NCBI GenBank assembly: GCA_012295275.1
Contig: CM022677.1
Span: forward strand, 6,138,001-6,202,000
Source of the DNA: Chrysomallon squamiferum
Taxonomy: Eukaryota > Animalia > Mollusca
Reading direction: 5' to 3'
DNA: 64,000 nucleotides
A model generated the notes under the pieces. That model searched no databases and was not told the DNA's origin. It saw only the letters and a program-made list of their open reading frames with translations. A program made the position numbers and the translations under genes. Positions 1 to 11,420 of the stretch are shown here, piece after piece (the stretch's first letter is position 1; each line of letters starts with the position of its first letter).

Positions 1-80
1 CGATCACCGAAGTTAAGCAACGCAGGGCTCGGACAGTACTTGGATGGGTGACCGCCTGGGAACACCGAGTGCCGTAGACA
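1..80 (+). rRNA. 5S rRNA: 5S rRNA gene, 3' two-thirds (5' end outside window)
   Basis: CGATCACCGAAGTTAAGCAACG...AGTACTTGGATGGGTGACCGCCTGGGAACACCGAGTGCCGTAGAC matches invertebrate 5S. Box A (AGTTAAGC, 11-18) and box C (TGGATGGGTG, 41-50) are present, and CTCGG (28-32) pairs with CCGAG (65-69). Confidence 0.95.
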
Positions 81-84
81 CGCC

Positions 85-89
85 TTTTT
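85..89 (+). terminator. RNA polymerase III terminator (T5) of the 5S gene
   Basis: TTTTT run 4 nt after the 5S 3' end. Confidence 0.8.
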
Positions 90-385
90 CTTTCTTACTT
101 TCTTCGTTTCTGTCTTTCTTTCTTATTTTAAGAGCAATAGGAAGAGCCAATTGACATCGGTAGCGAGTGTGTGCGTGGGCGCAGGTTTTGGAGTGACCGT
201 GTTGTGTATGTCTGATTGTGTGTGTACGTATGTTTGTTATTTCAGAACGCGCCTGTGTGTATGCGTGTTCGTATGTGTGCGTGTGCGTGTGTGCGCGTGC
301 CGGTTCGAAAAAGGTTATCTTCCAGCGTAAAATTGAATTGCGAGATCACGACGGCGCGATAATTAATGTATTTTCATTTCGATTT

Positions 386-396
386 TATTATCATCA

Positions 397-449
<53 letters not shown>
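386..449. repeat. (ATC)n/(ATT)n microsatellite
   Basis: Direct trinucleotide run. It explains the poly-Y/poly-N ORFs at 218-782. Confidence 0.95.
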
Positions 450-518
450 GCCATCGTTATTGTTGTCGTTATTCAGCGCATGCAATAAGAAGAACGAAGA
501 TAAATAGACGTCGGTTCG

Positions 519-557
<39 letters not shown>

Positions 558-670
558 CTTTCTTTTTCTTTCAAATTTGCAGTCACTGCCGGACAATTCG
601 GCAGTTGCCTCATCTATTGACGAATAACCTACCCATTTACAATTGACCAGGTTCTCTTCGAACAATAAAA

Positions 671-2286
671 ATGATTTATTTTGTTTATGTTCAGAACATT
701 TTTTTATTGACGGAAAGCTGTAATCTTGAGGATGTACCCGGAAAACAAGGTGAGCCCCAACCAGGACTGAGTTGCAACCCACAATACGTTACTGCTTCCC
801 CAGAACCACACAATCTATTGGATAGCAGTTTACTCTGGGGAGAAGATTCAGAGGAACCTGCCATTCCAATATTGACAAAACCACCCATGAAAACCAGACA
901 AACAAAAAACTGCCAGTCATGCAAGTTATTAAATAACTCCTTAACAAATATGAGACTAAAACAGCTACAGCTTCAAAGGTCTACACAGATTGCAATCCGA
1001 GATGTGAGAGTACAGCAAAAGTAAAAGGGATATGTAAAATTCTTAAACCAAACAATCAGACGGAAAGAGGAACAGATAGCAAAATTTCAAGAACAAAGTA
1101 CCGTTTCAAAGGTGATCATGCATGAGGCAAAATCTACTCTGTCAAACTTTAAAAAAACACACGAACAAATGAAAAAGTACCACAGCGAAAAAAAGAATAA
1201 AACTGAATCAGAAGCTCTGCTCTCTGCCGAAAACGAAATTTCTGAACTTAAAATAAAACTTGAAATAAAACAAAAGGAGATAATTGATCTCCAGAGAGAT
1301 AAAATCCTGCTTGAAGAAAAGCTTCATGAGTCAGTTAGTAAATTAAAATTGACAAAGTATAATGGAAAGGTCTATTCTGCAGACCTAAGAATGATGGTGT
1401 TTGATGCCGTTGTTAATCAGGTGCCAACCAGCAATATCCCTGTTCTTCTTCAGAATATTTTTTGGTGGTGTGGTGTTCAACTGAAGGACATCCCACACAG
1501 AACCACTACTGAGGCAATGACAAGGGAACTTGGAGTAATAACGGAATTACAGGCAGCTGAAGCTGTAATTGAGAATAAAAGCTGCACACTTGGGTTTGAT
1601 GCCACAACACAGGAGGCACACGTGTAAAAGTGTCCACATTGCCACACCAGAGAACTGTTATATTGCTGCAGTTGATGAACTGGCTGGTGGGACTGCTGAT
1701 GATTACCATGAGCACATATCCGACTCCATTAAGAACTTACCAGAACATACTCAAAATTTCATGAGGATGATTATCAAACTGCAAGAACAAAAATAATTTC
1801 TAATATTTGCAATACCCTTACTGATCGATGCACTGCAAATCATGCTGCAATTCAGCTTCTGAATGAAACGTGGAGCAAAACACTCAATGAATTAAATTGC
1901 CATTTGCATCCATTGGACTCAATTGCAACAAAAAACTCTTGCTGCTCTAAAGGTATGTGAAGCAGAAATCAGAATAGAAAAGAAAATTAAAGGGACAGAC
2001 TGTTTGGCTGGAAACATAGTCGTGCAGATGAACAAAATGAGGTTTATGGATAGCAAGGGTGATCCTCGTGGTTTCATCATTTTTCTGGACCACGAAAACT
2101 TGGCACGTGGGATCTTACCCAGATACAGAGGTAACCGCCTACATATCCTTTTTCATATATGTGGCGTTTTCACTGGCTTCCATAATTTATTCACGAGTTT
2201 TCTGCAGAAGGGTGTATCTTGTGGTGGTTTACGGCATAGCATCCTAGCAGACTTTGTGTCTGTTCCTGCACAAGTGGAAATGCAGA
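671..2286 (+). mobile_element. Degenerate, 3'-truncated DDE DNA transposase with CxxH motif
   Basis: Joining frames across one stop (1022) and several frameshifts gives a coiled-coil, then TLGFDATTQE..SVHIAT..ELAGGTADDY..NTLTDRCTANHAA..LNCHLHPLDSIA..RYRGNRLHILFH. That is D, D and CxxH as in hAT/P/MuDR/Kolobok/Dada-type transposases. The sequence breaks into AT-rich DNA after QVEMQ (~2286), before the catalytic E. Confidence 0.7.
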
Positions 2287-2985
2287 TAAAATTGTCTATA
2301 AGTAAATTAAAAAACGTACAGACTAACTTCTCTTAGTATTCAAAATAACAACAGACTTTTTTTTTATGAATTTGAATTAGTATTTATAATACTGTATTTA
2401 TTGAACCTATGTATTCTTTGTTTTAGTGTCTGCTTAAGAAAACATCATCAATAAATAATCAAATAAATACATAAATAACCAAATAAGGCAGAATGTAAAT
2501 ATATAATAATAAAAAAATTTAAATTTTAATTTGGTCATCAGATTAACGTAAATATTTTTTTGAATCTTTTCCAGAAAGATAGCCTGAGTAGCTTTAAGTC
2601 ATCACCAAGAGTTAGTGCCAGACATGTTATTTTCTAGTCGGGCTATATTCTTATTACTGTTACCAGAATAACAACATTAAAAGTCAGGTGGAGATTTAAT
2701 TTCATGCTAATGCTAGGACAAAAAAATCATTTGTTACCTGACATTTAGTCACTTGTTTTTCTAACTGATCTCTTTCAGCTATTATATGTGCCAACCTGTT
2801 GTTCAGCTCGATTATCTCCCATTTCAGAGAGGTCAAGGCCGCCTGGTCTAGCTGGGAAAGAAAAGAAATAATTTTAAATTATTAAATTTTGCATCTAAAT
2901 TAAAACATGTTATTTTTGAATGGTTGTGATTCAGATAATTTTATCATTCCTAAAGCTAATTAATGAAAAAAATATCGATAATGAA

Positions 2986-3025
<40 letters not shown>

Positions 3026-4288
3026 TCATAAATAGTGATAATAAACTAAATATTTAAAAATAAAATACAAACATACATGTATAAGTTGTTGTTACTGCTC
3101 TTGTTAAGTTAAAACGCGTGTGTGTTTGTGTGTGTGTGAAAGTGATTTGAATTGTAAGCTATTTTATAAAACTCAGCTATAAATACTACTTGCTATTATT
3201 TGTATTAGTTATTACAACTACTTCTACTACTTGATACTAAGAATAACTGTAATTAATTATGTACGAGCGGTATGTCAGTAAGGAACAAAACATATAAATA
3301 ATCAGAATAAAATCAAATATGAATGCAATTAAATAAAACAACAAAAGAACGATCGTCAATATATTGTTATTCATTATTACAAAAATTCACCTAAATTACT
3401 CAAAAAAATTAAGGTTGAGTCTTGTGACAAGATTCTATATCGTATTGTTTAATAAGTTATTTTCGATTATCTGCCCTTGAAACATCGTATTGTATAATAA
3501 TTTATTTTCGATTATCTGCCCTTTAAAACTATCCAAAAACGCAGACGACAACATTTTTTAGAAGCTAAATTACAAACATGTACTTCAAACTATATAAAGA
3601 AAGAAAGAAAAAAAAAGTACTATAGCATTACCTGAATATACAAAGAAATCAACTATTCATGATTCTTAGAATCTACATTTATTTGCAAAATTCATAAATA
3701 ACACATACCGCAAATAACAGCAGAAATCCCGCACCCCGGAAAAAAAAAAAAACATATATGGGAGTAATCTCCCTTCAGCTACAATTGTTTTATTTTTTAT
3801 TTTTTTTTTTTTTTCTGTTTTTGGTGTTGACGGTGTACGTCATTGCACACCACAGAAAATCGCTAATAACGATTAATACATGTAAATGTGTAGGTATGTC
3901 CAGGAATATCAATTTATATACAGTAAACAATATAACGTGATAAATAACTAAAATATAAGCAACACAAATAAATACAGTGGACTGTCAAAACCGGATTCAT
4001 TGAGACCAGCGTGGTATGCCGTTTTAGACAGTGCCGATTTACAAACACTCAAATAACATAAAACTGAAATATTTGTTTTATTATTACAAATGTTAATGGT
4101 CTATCAGTTGTCTCTGTCGACAGCGTTTTCTTCATATTCCTCTCCAAACTCCTCTGTCATGACCTCCAAGTTTTACATTAATTGCAAAAGCTGCTTTTGA
4201 TAACACCAGCAAAAGATTTAATTTTTTTTGTCATTTTAAGATAATCAGTGGTACGAAAGTTTGTTTGTATCGTCAGTCCATTCAGATT

Positions 4289-4341
<53 letters not shown>

Positions 4342-4633
4342 TAAATTCATACATTCATGACGTAACCAATACAGTTTGTAAACTTACAACAAACCGGCCA
4401 CCTGAAATGTTCAAGGATAATTTATGCAATGTACAGCGAGTACTGACATTTATGATAATTCTGTAAAATAAAAATGAATTAGGAAAATACCATATCGCAT
4501 GTTACCTCAGTGTGGTGAATTTTATACATTTTTATTATACATTTTAATTAAGTAAAACAATGTAAAATATTGCTTAAGACAGTCTATTTTAACTCAGTGA
4601 ATTAATAAGTAATAAGCTGTTTTCTGTGAGTAT

Positions 4634-4637
4634 GTGT

Positions 4638-4734
<97 letters not shown>
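4634..4734. repeat. (GT)n-(GA)n compound microsatellite
   Basis: Direct dinucleotide runs. The inverted counterpart is at 35938-36046. Confidence 0.95.
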
Positions 4735-4736
<2 letters not shown>

Positions 4737-5460
4737 AGTTTCTAATATAAGTGTACTTCTTTGTTGACCTCATTGTTTAACGCATCATATACGTAATGAC
4801 AATTTACATCTACAATGGACAGCTAATATATATATATATATATATATATATTTAAGTTATTACAAGCAGCGTAACCCATTACTGACTACTGATAATAAAA
4901 ATTTGCTGTGCATACAAAAAAAAAAGACTTGTCGACGTTTGGCTGAAATAAGTAGACACTGGTAAATTTAATACTTTAAACATACGGACCTATGAAAAAT
5001 AACAATTTAAAGAAAATAAAAATGATTATAAATATTCACATACAGCATATTTGATTACTTTGTTGTGTTTGTTTAAAAAAATGTTTTAGTAACTAAAAAA
5101 ATTAATTCATTAAACAATCCTTAAAAATATATCTCCTTTTGCAAGTTAAAACGATCTTTAATCTCAAAAACAAAGAATTTAGCTATTATAACAGATGTTA
5201 CAATGTGCAAGCATGTTTATATAGGTTTGTTGTTGTATCTTATGTCTAAAGGCAAAGTGTAGCATTTGCAGTAAAGAAACTCGAGAGACAAGAGGACGTA
5301 ATCATTATATTTTGAACGAGACTAATCATTTACAAACAGGCATCTTTGAAAAATACTGCGGAATTAACCAAGAAAGAAAGAAGGAATGAAAAAATATAGT
5401 AATAAAAGAAACAAAAAGAAAAGAAATAATTAAATTCCAATAACAAATACCTTTAATTTA

Positions 5461-5492
<32 letters not shown>

Positions 5493-5590
5493 AAATGCCT
5501 TTGGAAAATATTTACAAAGAACAAATTAATAAATAAGCAAGAAATCTCTTTCTAGGATCTGAGCACATTAAAAGTTGCATCGTATTTCAT

Positions 5591-6130
5591 TTATTTTTCT
5601 GGATTTATGGAACATGGTCGCTTGAATACTTGCTCTTTTTCTAGAATCCAGTAAGTTGATACCCATTTAGAGCCAATAAGAACAGGACAAGCTCCATGAA
5701 TTGTCATTTTGTTAGGTGAACCATTCCGATATAAATTATACCAAAATATAGCTGCACCTGCTTTAGGTTGTATTCTTACACCAAGATGAAGAAACACTGT
5801 TGCACCTCGTTCTACATCACTCAAATAGTTTAACCACATCTCGTTCCCAGTCCAAACTGAAAGTTTAATATATAAAAATGCACCAATCGGGTTGGCTATG
5901 TAACGATTTGGGTCTTTTAGTGCTGTCGAACACTGATGTTATATTTGATCTGAAATTGTTTTCAACTTTTCCAATTTAGTTCCTTGTTCATGAACATGAC
6001 TGAAATTTCTTAATGCTGTTGCCAAGTCTCTTCCTGCTAGTACAGAGCTGTACAGATGTGATACGGACGTAAACAGTTCTGAATTCACAGCTGATAAAAG
6101 CAAAACTAAAATAATGAACTGCTGATACAT
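5591..6130 (-). pseudogene. P4HA: Prolyl 4-hydroxylase alpha pseudogene with ~960-nt internal deletion
   Basis: N-terminus (MYQQFIILVLLLSAVNSELFTS..) and C-terminus (WLNYLSDVE..HGACPVLIGSKWV..KRPCS) are near-identical to the 33490 gene. GAA>TAA stop at codon 64. Sequence equivalent to 33786-34744, including the HxD iron ligands, is missing. Confidence 0.93.
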
Positions 6131-6974
6131 ATTTGAAGGTATCTACTAGTGATATGAATACCTAAATATCTGGTATAAAAGTTGAGTTATGATGAATATA
6201 ATTCTAAATATATATCAGTTTAACATACGCAGGTTGTTAAACTGATGGGGGAGGGATAAAATGACACGTTTCATTATTTTATCTTTCATTTCTATTTCAT
6301 TTTATTTGTTTATTTTATTTATGTTATTATTTTAATTTAATTTTTATTTGTTGTAGATTTGTTTTTGTCTTTGAGTTTATATGTGTGTGTGTTTATATAT
6401 TTATGTGTGTGAATGTGAGTGTTTGTGTGTGAGAGAAAAACTTTTGGTGTATTATGTTTCTGTTATCCTTTGATTATATATTTTTCTGTTTGTTTGTCTG
6501 TCTGTCTATCTATATGATGGAAATTATATTAATAATTTTATAATGTCAGAATAAAGTAACATACAGAAAAAATGAAAAAAAAAAAAACTCAAGAAAGAAA
6601 AAAGAACAAAATAAAAACTGATTCAAATGTACATTACAGCTGTCATTTAGTAACATTTAAGTTTTGAACATTTAGAAGGGTTGTCTGCAGCTCTGTTTCT
6701 TCTTCCAAATAAATACAAATTAGACGTCAGTTTTAACTGACACTACTTATTAATCTTATATGCAAACTCGCCATCTTAAACATTTTATTTTATTTCTATT
6801 TTTTATTATTTTTTTACAATGTTTGTTTGAGTTTTTCTTAATTTATTTTATGAATGTGTTTGAATAAATATCAGTTTTAATGCACACAAAATGTTATTAT
6901 ACAAAATCATTAAACCTTATTTCATTTCACTTTATATTTTTTATTTTCTGTGAAGTATCTAGAAACTCCTCTAA

Positions 6975-7742
6975 GTAAACACTGTACAGTAACGCGATAG
7001 CAGAAATTAAGTAAATAAATACTGTAGAGTAACGTGATATTAGTATTAAGTAAATCAATACTGTACAGTAACGTGATATTAGCAACATTAAGTAAATAAA
7101 TACTGAACAGTAACGTGATATTAGCAACATTAAGAAAAGATATACTGAACAGTAACGTGATATTAGCAGATATTAAGTATATAAATACTGTACAATAACG
7201 TGATATTAGCAACATTAAGTAAACAAATACTGAACAGTAACGTGATATTAGCAACATTAAGAAAAGATATACTGAACAGTAACGTGATATTAGCAGATAT
7301 TAAGTATATAAATACTGTACAATAACGTGATATTAGCAACATTAAGTAAATAAATACTGTACAGTAACGTGATATTAGCAACATTAAGTAAATAAATACT
7401 GAACAGTAACGTGATATTAGCAGATATTAAGTAAATAAATACTGTACAGTAACGTGATATTAGCAATATTAAGTAAATAAATACTGTACAGCAACGTGAT
7501 ATTAGCAGGCGTGAAGTAAATAAATACTGTACAGTAACGTGATATTAGCAGACATTAAGTAAATAAATACTGTACAGTAACGTGATATTAGCAGACATTA
7601 AGTAAATAAATATTGTACAGTAACGTGATATTAGCAGACATTAAGTAAATAAATACTGTACAGTAACGTGATATTAGCAGACATTAAGTAAACAAATACT
7701 GTACAGCAACGTGATATTAGCAGGCGTGAAGTAAATAAATAC
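6975..7742. repeat. ~42-bp minisatellite (TAAGTAAATAAATACTGTACAGTAACGTGATATTAGCAGACAT)
   Basis: About 18 tandem, slightly variable units. A more degenerate inverted counterpart is at 32263-32680. Confidence 0.95.
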
Positions 7743-7899
7743 AACGGATTAACTCATAACCATCAACTCAGTTTGTTAGATAATCACTATCAGTTATATA
7801 ATTATAATGACATCTCTCTTCTTGTTACATACTTGATAACTTATATGGCTCTGTACCATATTTCTCTGTGTCTACATATATTGCTATTGCTTGTTTCTG

Positions 7900-8460
7900 A
7901 TTCTCTACCAGCATGTCTAGTATTTGTACATCTTTCTACCTTTATCTCTATCACTTGCCTTCTTCTCTACATTTATCTCTATCATTTGTCTCTATCTTTC
8001 TACCTTTATCTCTATGACTTGTCTCCTTCTCTTTACTTACATTGCTAATATTTGTCTCTGTTCCTCTAACTATATCTCTAATGCTTTCTCTCTTTACCTA
8101 AATATGTCACTGGTGTCTATATATCCAACTTGTCTACCTCTCTACTTTTATCTGTCTTTTTCTATGCCATTATCTCTATCATGTGTCTGTCAGTCTACCA
8201 TTATCTCTATCACTTGTCTCTGTTTCTGTATCTCCATCACATGTCTGACTCTCTCTACCCTTATCACTTTTTTCTGTTTCACTATCTATATACTGATAAT
8301 TTTGCCTGTCTCTCTTTACATATATCTCTATCACTTGTTGGTCTCTCTAAAACCTGTCTCTATAACTCTACCTATATCTCTATCCAATGTCCCTATATTT
8401 CTATATCTCTCTCTGCTTATACCTGATCCAGTCTCAGCTACCAATAATCTCTATCATTAA
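7900..8460. repeat. Degenerate pyrimidine-rich repeat (TATCTCTATCACTTG-like motif)
   Basis: Recurring tatctctatcacttg/tatctctatcatttg motifs. Confidence 0.7.
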
Positions 8461-8878
8461 TGTGTGATATAAACTAATGCAAAAATTGGATTTATGCTAC
8501 TGGCTCATAATTTAACCACATATCTTTTTTTAATCTTTTTTTTTTATATTACTTGGTTAGAAGTATTTTTGATTACACATATCATTTTTCTTATTCCTAA
8601 ATAACAATTATTATCCAGTCTGGCCATGCAGGTTAAAACTTACTGAGTTGGTGGATAGTTCACACCAGCTTCCTCTGAATATTTTAACAGATTCAGCTCA
8701 GTAGTATAGGATATATAATATGATATTGAAAAAGTATTAGCAGTCCAATGTTTTGAGTTTGGAATAATAAACCAGCTTAGCATTCATATCAATAACAGCA
8801 ACACCAATCAAACATTTTATTTCAAAATGGCCGAATTACATAATGTGGTCTCTACTGATTTATCTATCTACACAGCTG

Positions 8879-8950
8879 TGTTATCAATCCATCCATCCTT
8901 CCATCCAGCACATCTGTATCAATGTATTCATTTATCATATACCTAATATA

Positions 8951-8995
<45 letters not shown>

Positions 8996-9370
8996 TTCTT
9001 TCTGTCTCTATTTTGCAACTTTTCACTATATTTCTCTGTATTAAACTGTTTGTCTCTCTGTTGGTTTGTCCATTTAACAGACTTGTATCGCACCTATTCA
9101 CCTATCTACCTACTCCCACCTGTCTACACACCCACCTCTCTACCTCTCTTTTTCTTTTCGTGTTATCAATCCATCCATCCTTCCATCCTTCCTTCCAGCA
9201 TATATATATATATATATTTTTTGTTTCTTTCTGTCTCTGTTTTGCAACTTTTCACTATATTTCTCTTATATTAAACTGTTTGTCTCTCTGTTGGTTTGAC
9301 CTTTCAACAGACTTGTATCCCACCTATTCACCTATCTTTCTACCTACCCACTTGTCTACCTACCCACCTG
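8879..9370. repeat. Local tandem duplication of ~280 bp
   Basis: tgttatcaatccatccatccttccatcc at ~8879 and ~9161, each followed by ttttgcaacttttcactatatttctc...cctattcacctatct. Confidence 0.85.
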
Positions 9371-10764
9371 TCTACCTACCCACCTGACTATGTACCTTTC
9401 TTTTTCTAATTATCTGTCTGTCAATCTGTCTAGTTATCTTCCTATAGATCCGTCCCTCAAACTCTTTTTCACCATCTGTTGATCAATCCATCTTTGTATC
9501 TTTCTCTTTTATCCTATCTCTGCACATTTATCCCTGAATCCACACTGTGATGCCTGTCCATCCATCCATTTATTCCCAATTTTTCCATCTATCTAGCCTT
9601 CCATTTGTTACTTCAAAAGAGTAAGATAACATGTTTCTTTAACTTATACTTAGGTATATATACACACACATACATATATAACAAAAACACACATATACAT
9701 ATACACATACACAAACATACACAACATACACACATATACATACATACATCACACACAGACATACACACACACACAGACATACATGCACACATACAAACAC
9801 AGACACAAACAAACATTAAAATCTGGAAAATTCACTTGCACAGATTAACATAGTTAATTTGATAATGACTGGCAAACTTTGCTCAGATTTGACAGTGAAG
9901 TGTAACAAGCCTGTTTGACAGCTGACTGGTTTTCTCTGACCCAGTCTGGAAGATGATCTACTTCCTGTAATGCTAACTCTACATAACTGTGAATGGCTTC
10001 CTGTGATCCTCCTCACAACAACCACTAGGCCAGTCTAAGACAAAACAGCTGCAATTCAAAGAAACACACAGTTAATAAATTACAATATATGCATGTATAT
10101 CAAAGAACAATAATGATATCAATAAACTTATAACATTTTACCTTATTTTTATACACTGATAATGATGTAAATAAATAAAACAAATTTGAAACATTGAGAA
10201 CAAAAAACTAATGTTAATGATAAAAGTTTAAAAATAATTTAAATAATTTGTTTCATGCTTTAAGTTTAACCAAAATAATTCATAAGTAAAACTGTTAATG
10301 TGAGTCTGGCATTTTAGGTAACATCTGTCATTAGAAACAGTAAAGTTGGAGTTTTTAGGCTTGGCTTTGTAGATGTTTTTGTGAAAGAAAACCAGATTTT
10401 CAATCAGTCGTGTAGGAACCTAAAACAATAAATTTACTGATAATCTTTGTATGCTTGTATTTTTAATTTATTTATTTGTATTCAGATACTTGCAAACAGA
10501 AATAGAAGGCAACTAAAATCATTGAAGTCTAATGAAAAAAAAGGCCACAATTTTCAACTGATGTATTTCTCTAGGTCTCAGATTACGTTTTGTAAAAATA
10601 TATTTAGTAAAATACATTAAAAGAAAAATCTTGTTATATTATTTAAATCACATGCATACAAATGTTTAAATCTAGGTAAATAAATTTATAAAATAAGTAA
10701 ATAAACTAAACTTAAGTAGATAATTATATTAGTAAATAAGATTGTATATAAAAAAGTTATAAGT

Positions 10765-11420
10765 AAACAAACCAGTAATAGTACATAAAGCAAATAATAA
10801 ACAAGTAATATGACATAAAGCAAATAATAAACAAGTAATATTACATAATGCAAATAATAAACAAGTAATATTACATAATGCAAATAATAAACAAGTAATA
10901 TTACATAATGCAAATAATAAACAAGTAATATTACATAATGCAAATAATAAACAAGTAATATTACATAACGCAAATAATAAACCAATAATATTACATAATG
11001 CAAATAATAAACAAGTAATATTACATAATGCAAATAATAGGTTATTAATAAATAAACAAGTAATATTACATAAAACAAATAACATGTAATTAGTAAGTAA
11101 GTAAACAAGTAATATTATATAAAACAAAATAAATTAATAAGTAAGTAAACAAGTAATATTATATAAAAAAAAATTAATAAGTAAGTAAACAAGTAATACT
11201 ATATAAAACAAAATAAATTAATAAATAAATAAACAAGTAATATTATATAAAACAAAATAAATTAATAAGTAAGTAAACAAGTAATATTATATAAAACAAA
11301 ATAAATTAATAAGTAAATAAACAAGTAATATTATATAAAACAAAATAAATTAATAAATAAACAAGTAATATTATATAAAACAAAATAAATTAATAAGTAA
11401 ATAAACAAGTAATATTACAT
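10765..11420. repeat. 30-bp minisatellite (AAACAAGTAATATTACATAATGCAAATAAT) grading into a ~40-bp variant
   Basis: About 9 near-perfect 30-mers at 10770-11040, then units sharing taaacaagtaatatta. Confidence 0.93.

Larger units (their letters stand above)
3380..7100 (-). repeat. Inverted segmental duplication arm A (paralog of ~32263-37405)
   Basis: Reverse-complement matches throughout, e.g. 3420 cttgtgacaagattcta vs 37336 tagaatcttgtcacaag, 4928 cttgtcgacgtttggctgaaataag vs 35765 cttatttcagccaaacgtcgacaag. P4HA CDS, (GA)n/(CA)n and poly-T/poly-A are also shared. Confidence 0.92.

Noticed and set aside
1-89. 5S-derived SINE (SINE3) head
   Set aside because: The sequence runs to the mature 5S 3' end and is followed by a Pol III terminator, with no SINE body or tail.
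218-782. ORFs with poly-Y, poly-F, poly-N and poly-K
   Set aside because: Products of (ATT)n and T-run microsatellites.
6922-7384. Repetitive MLLISRYC ORFs
   Set aside because: Translations of the 42-bp minisatellite.
10686-11127. Hydrophobic repeat ORFs (YYLHYVILLV)
   Set aside because: Translation of an AT-rich 30-bp minisatellite in an intron-like region.
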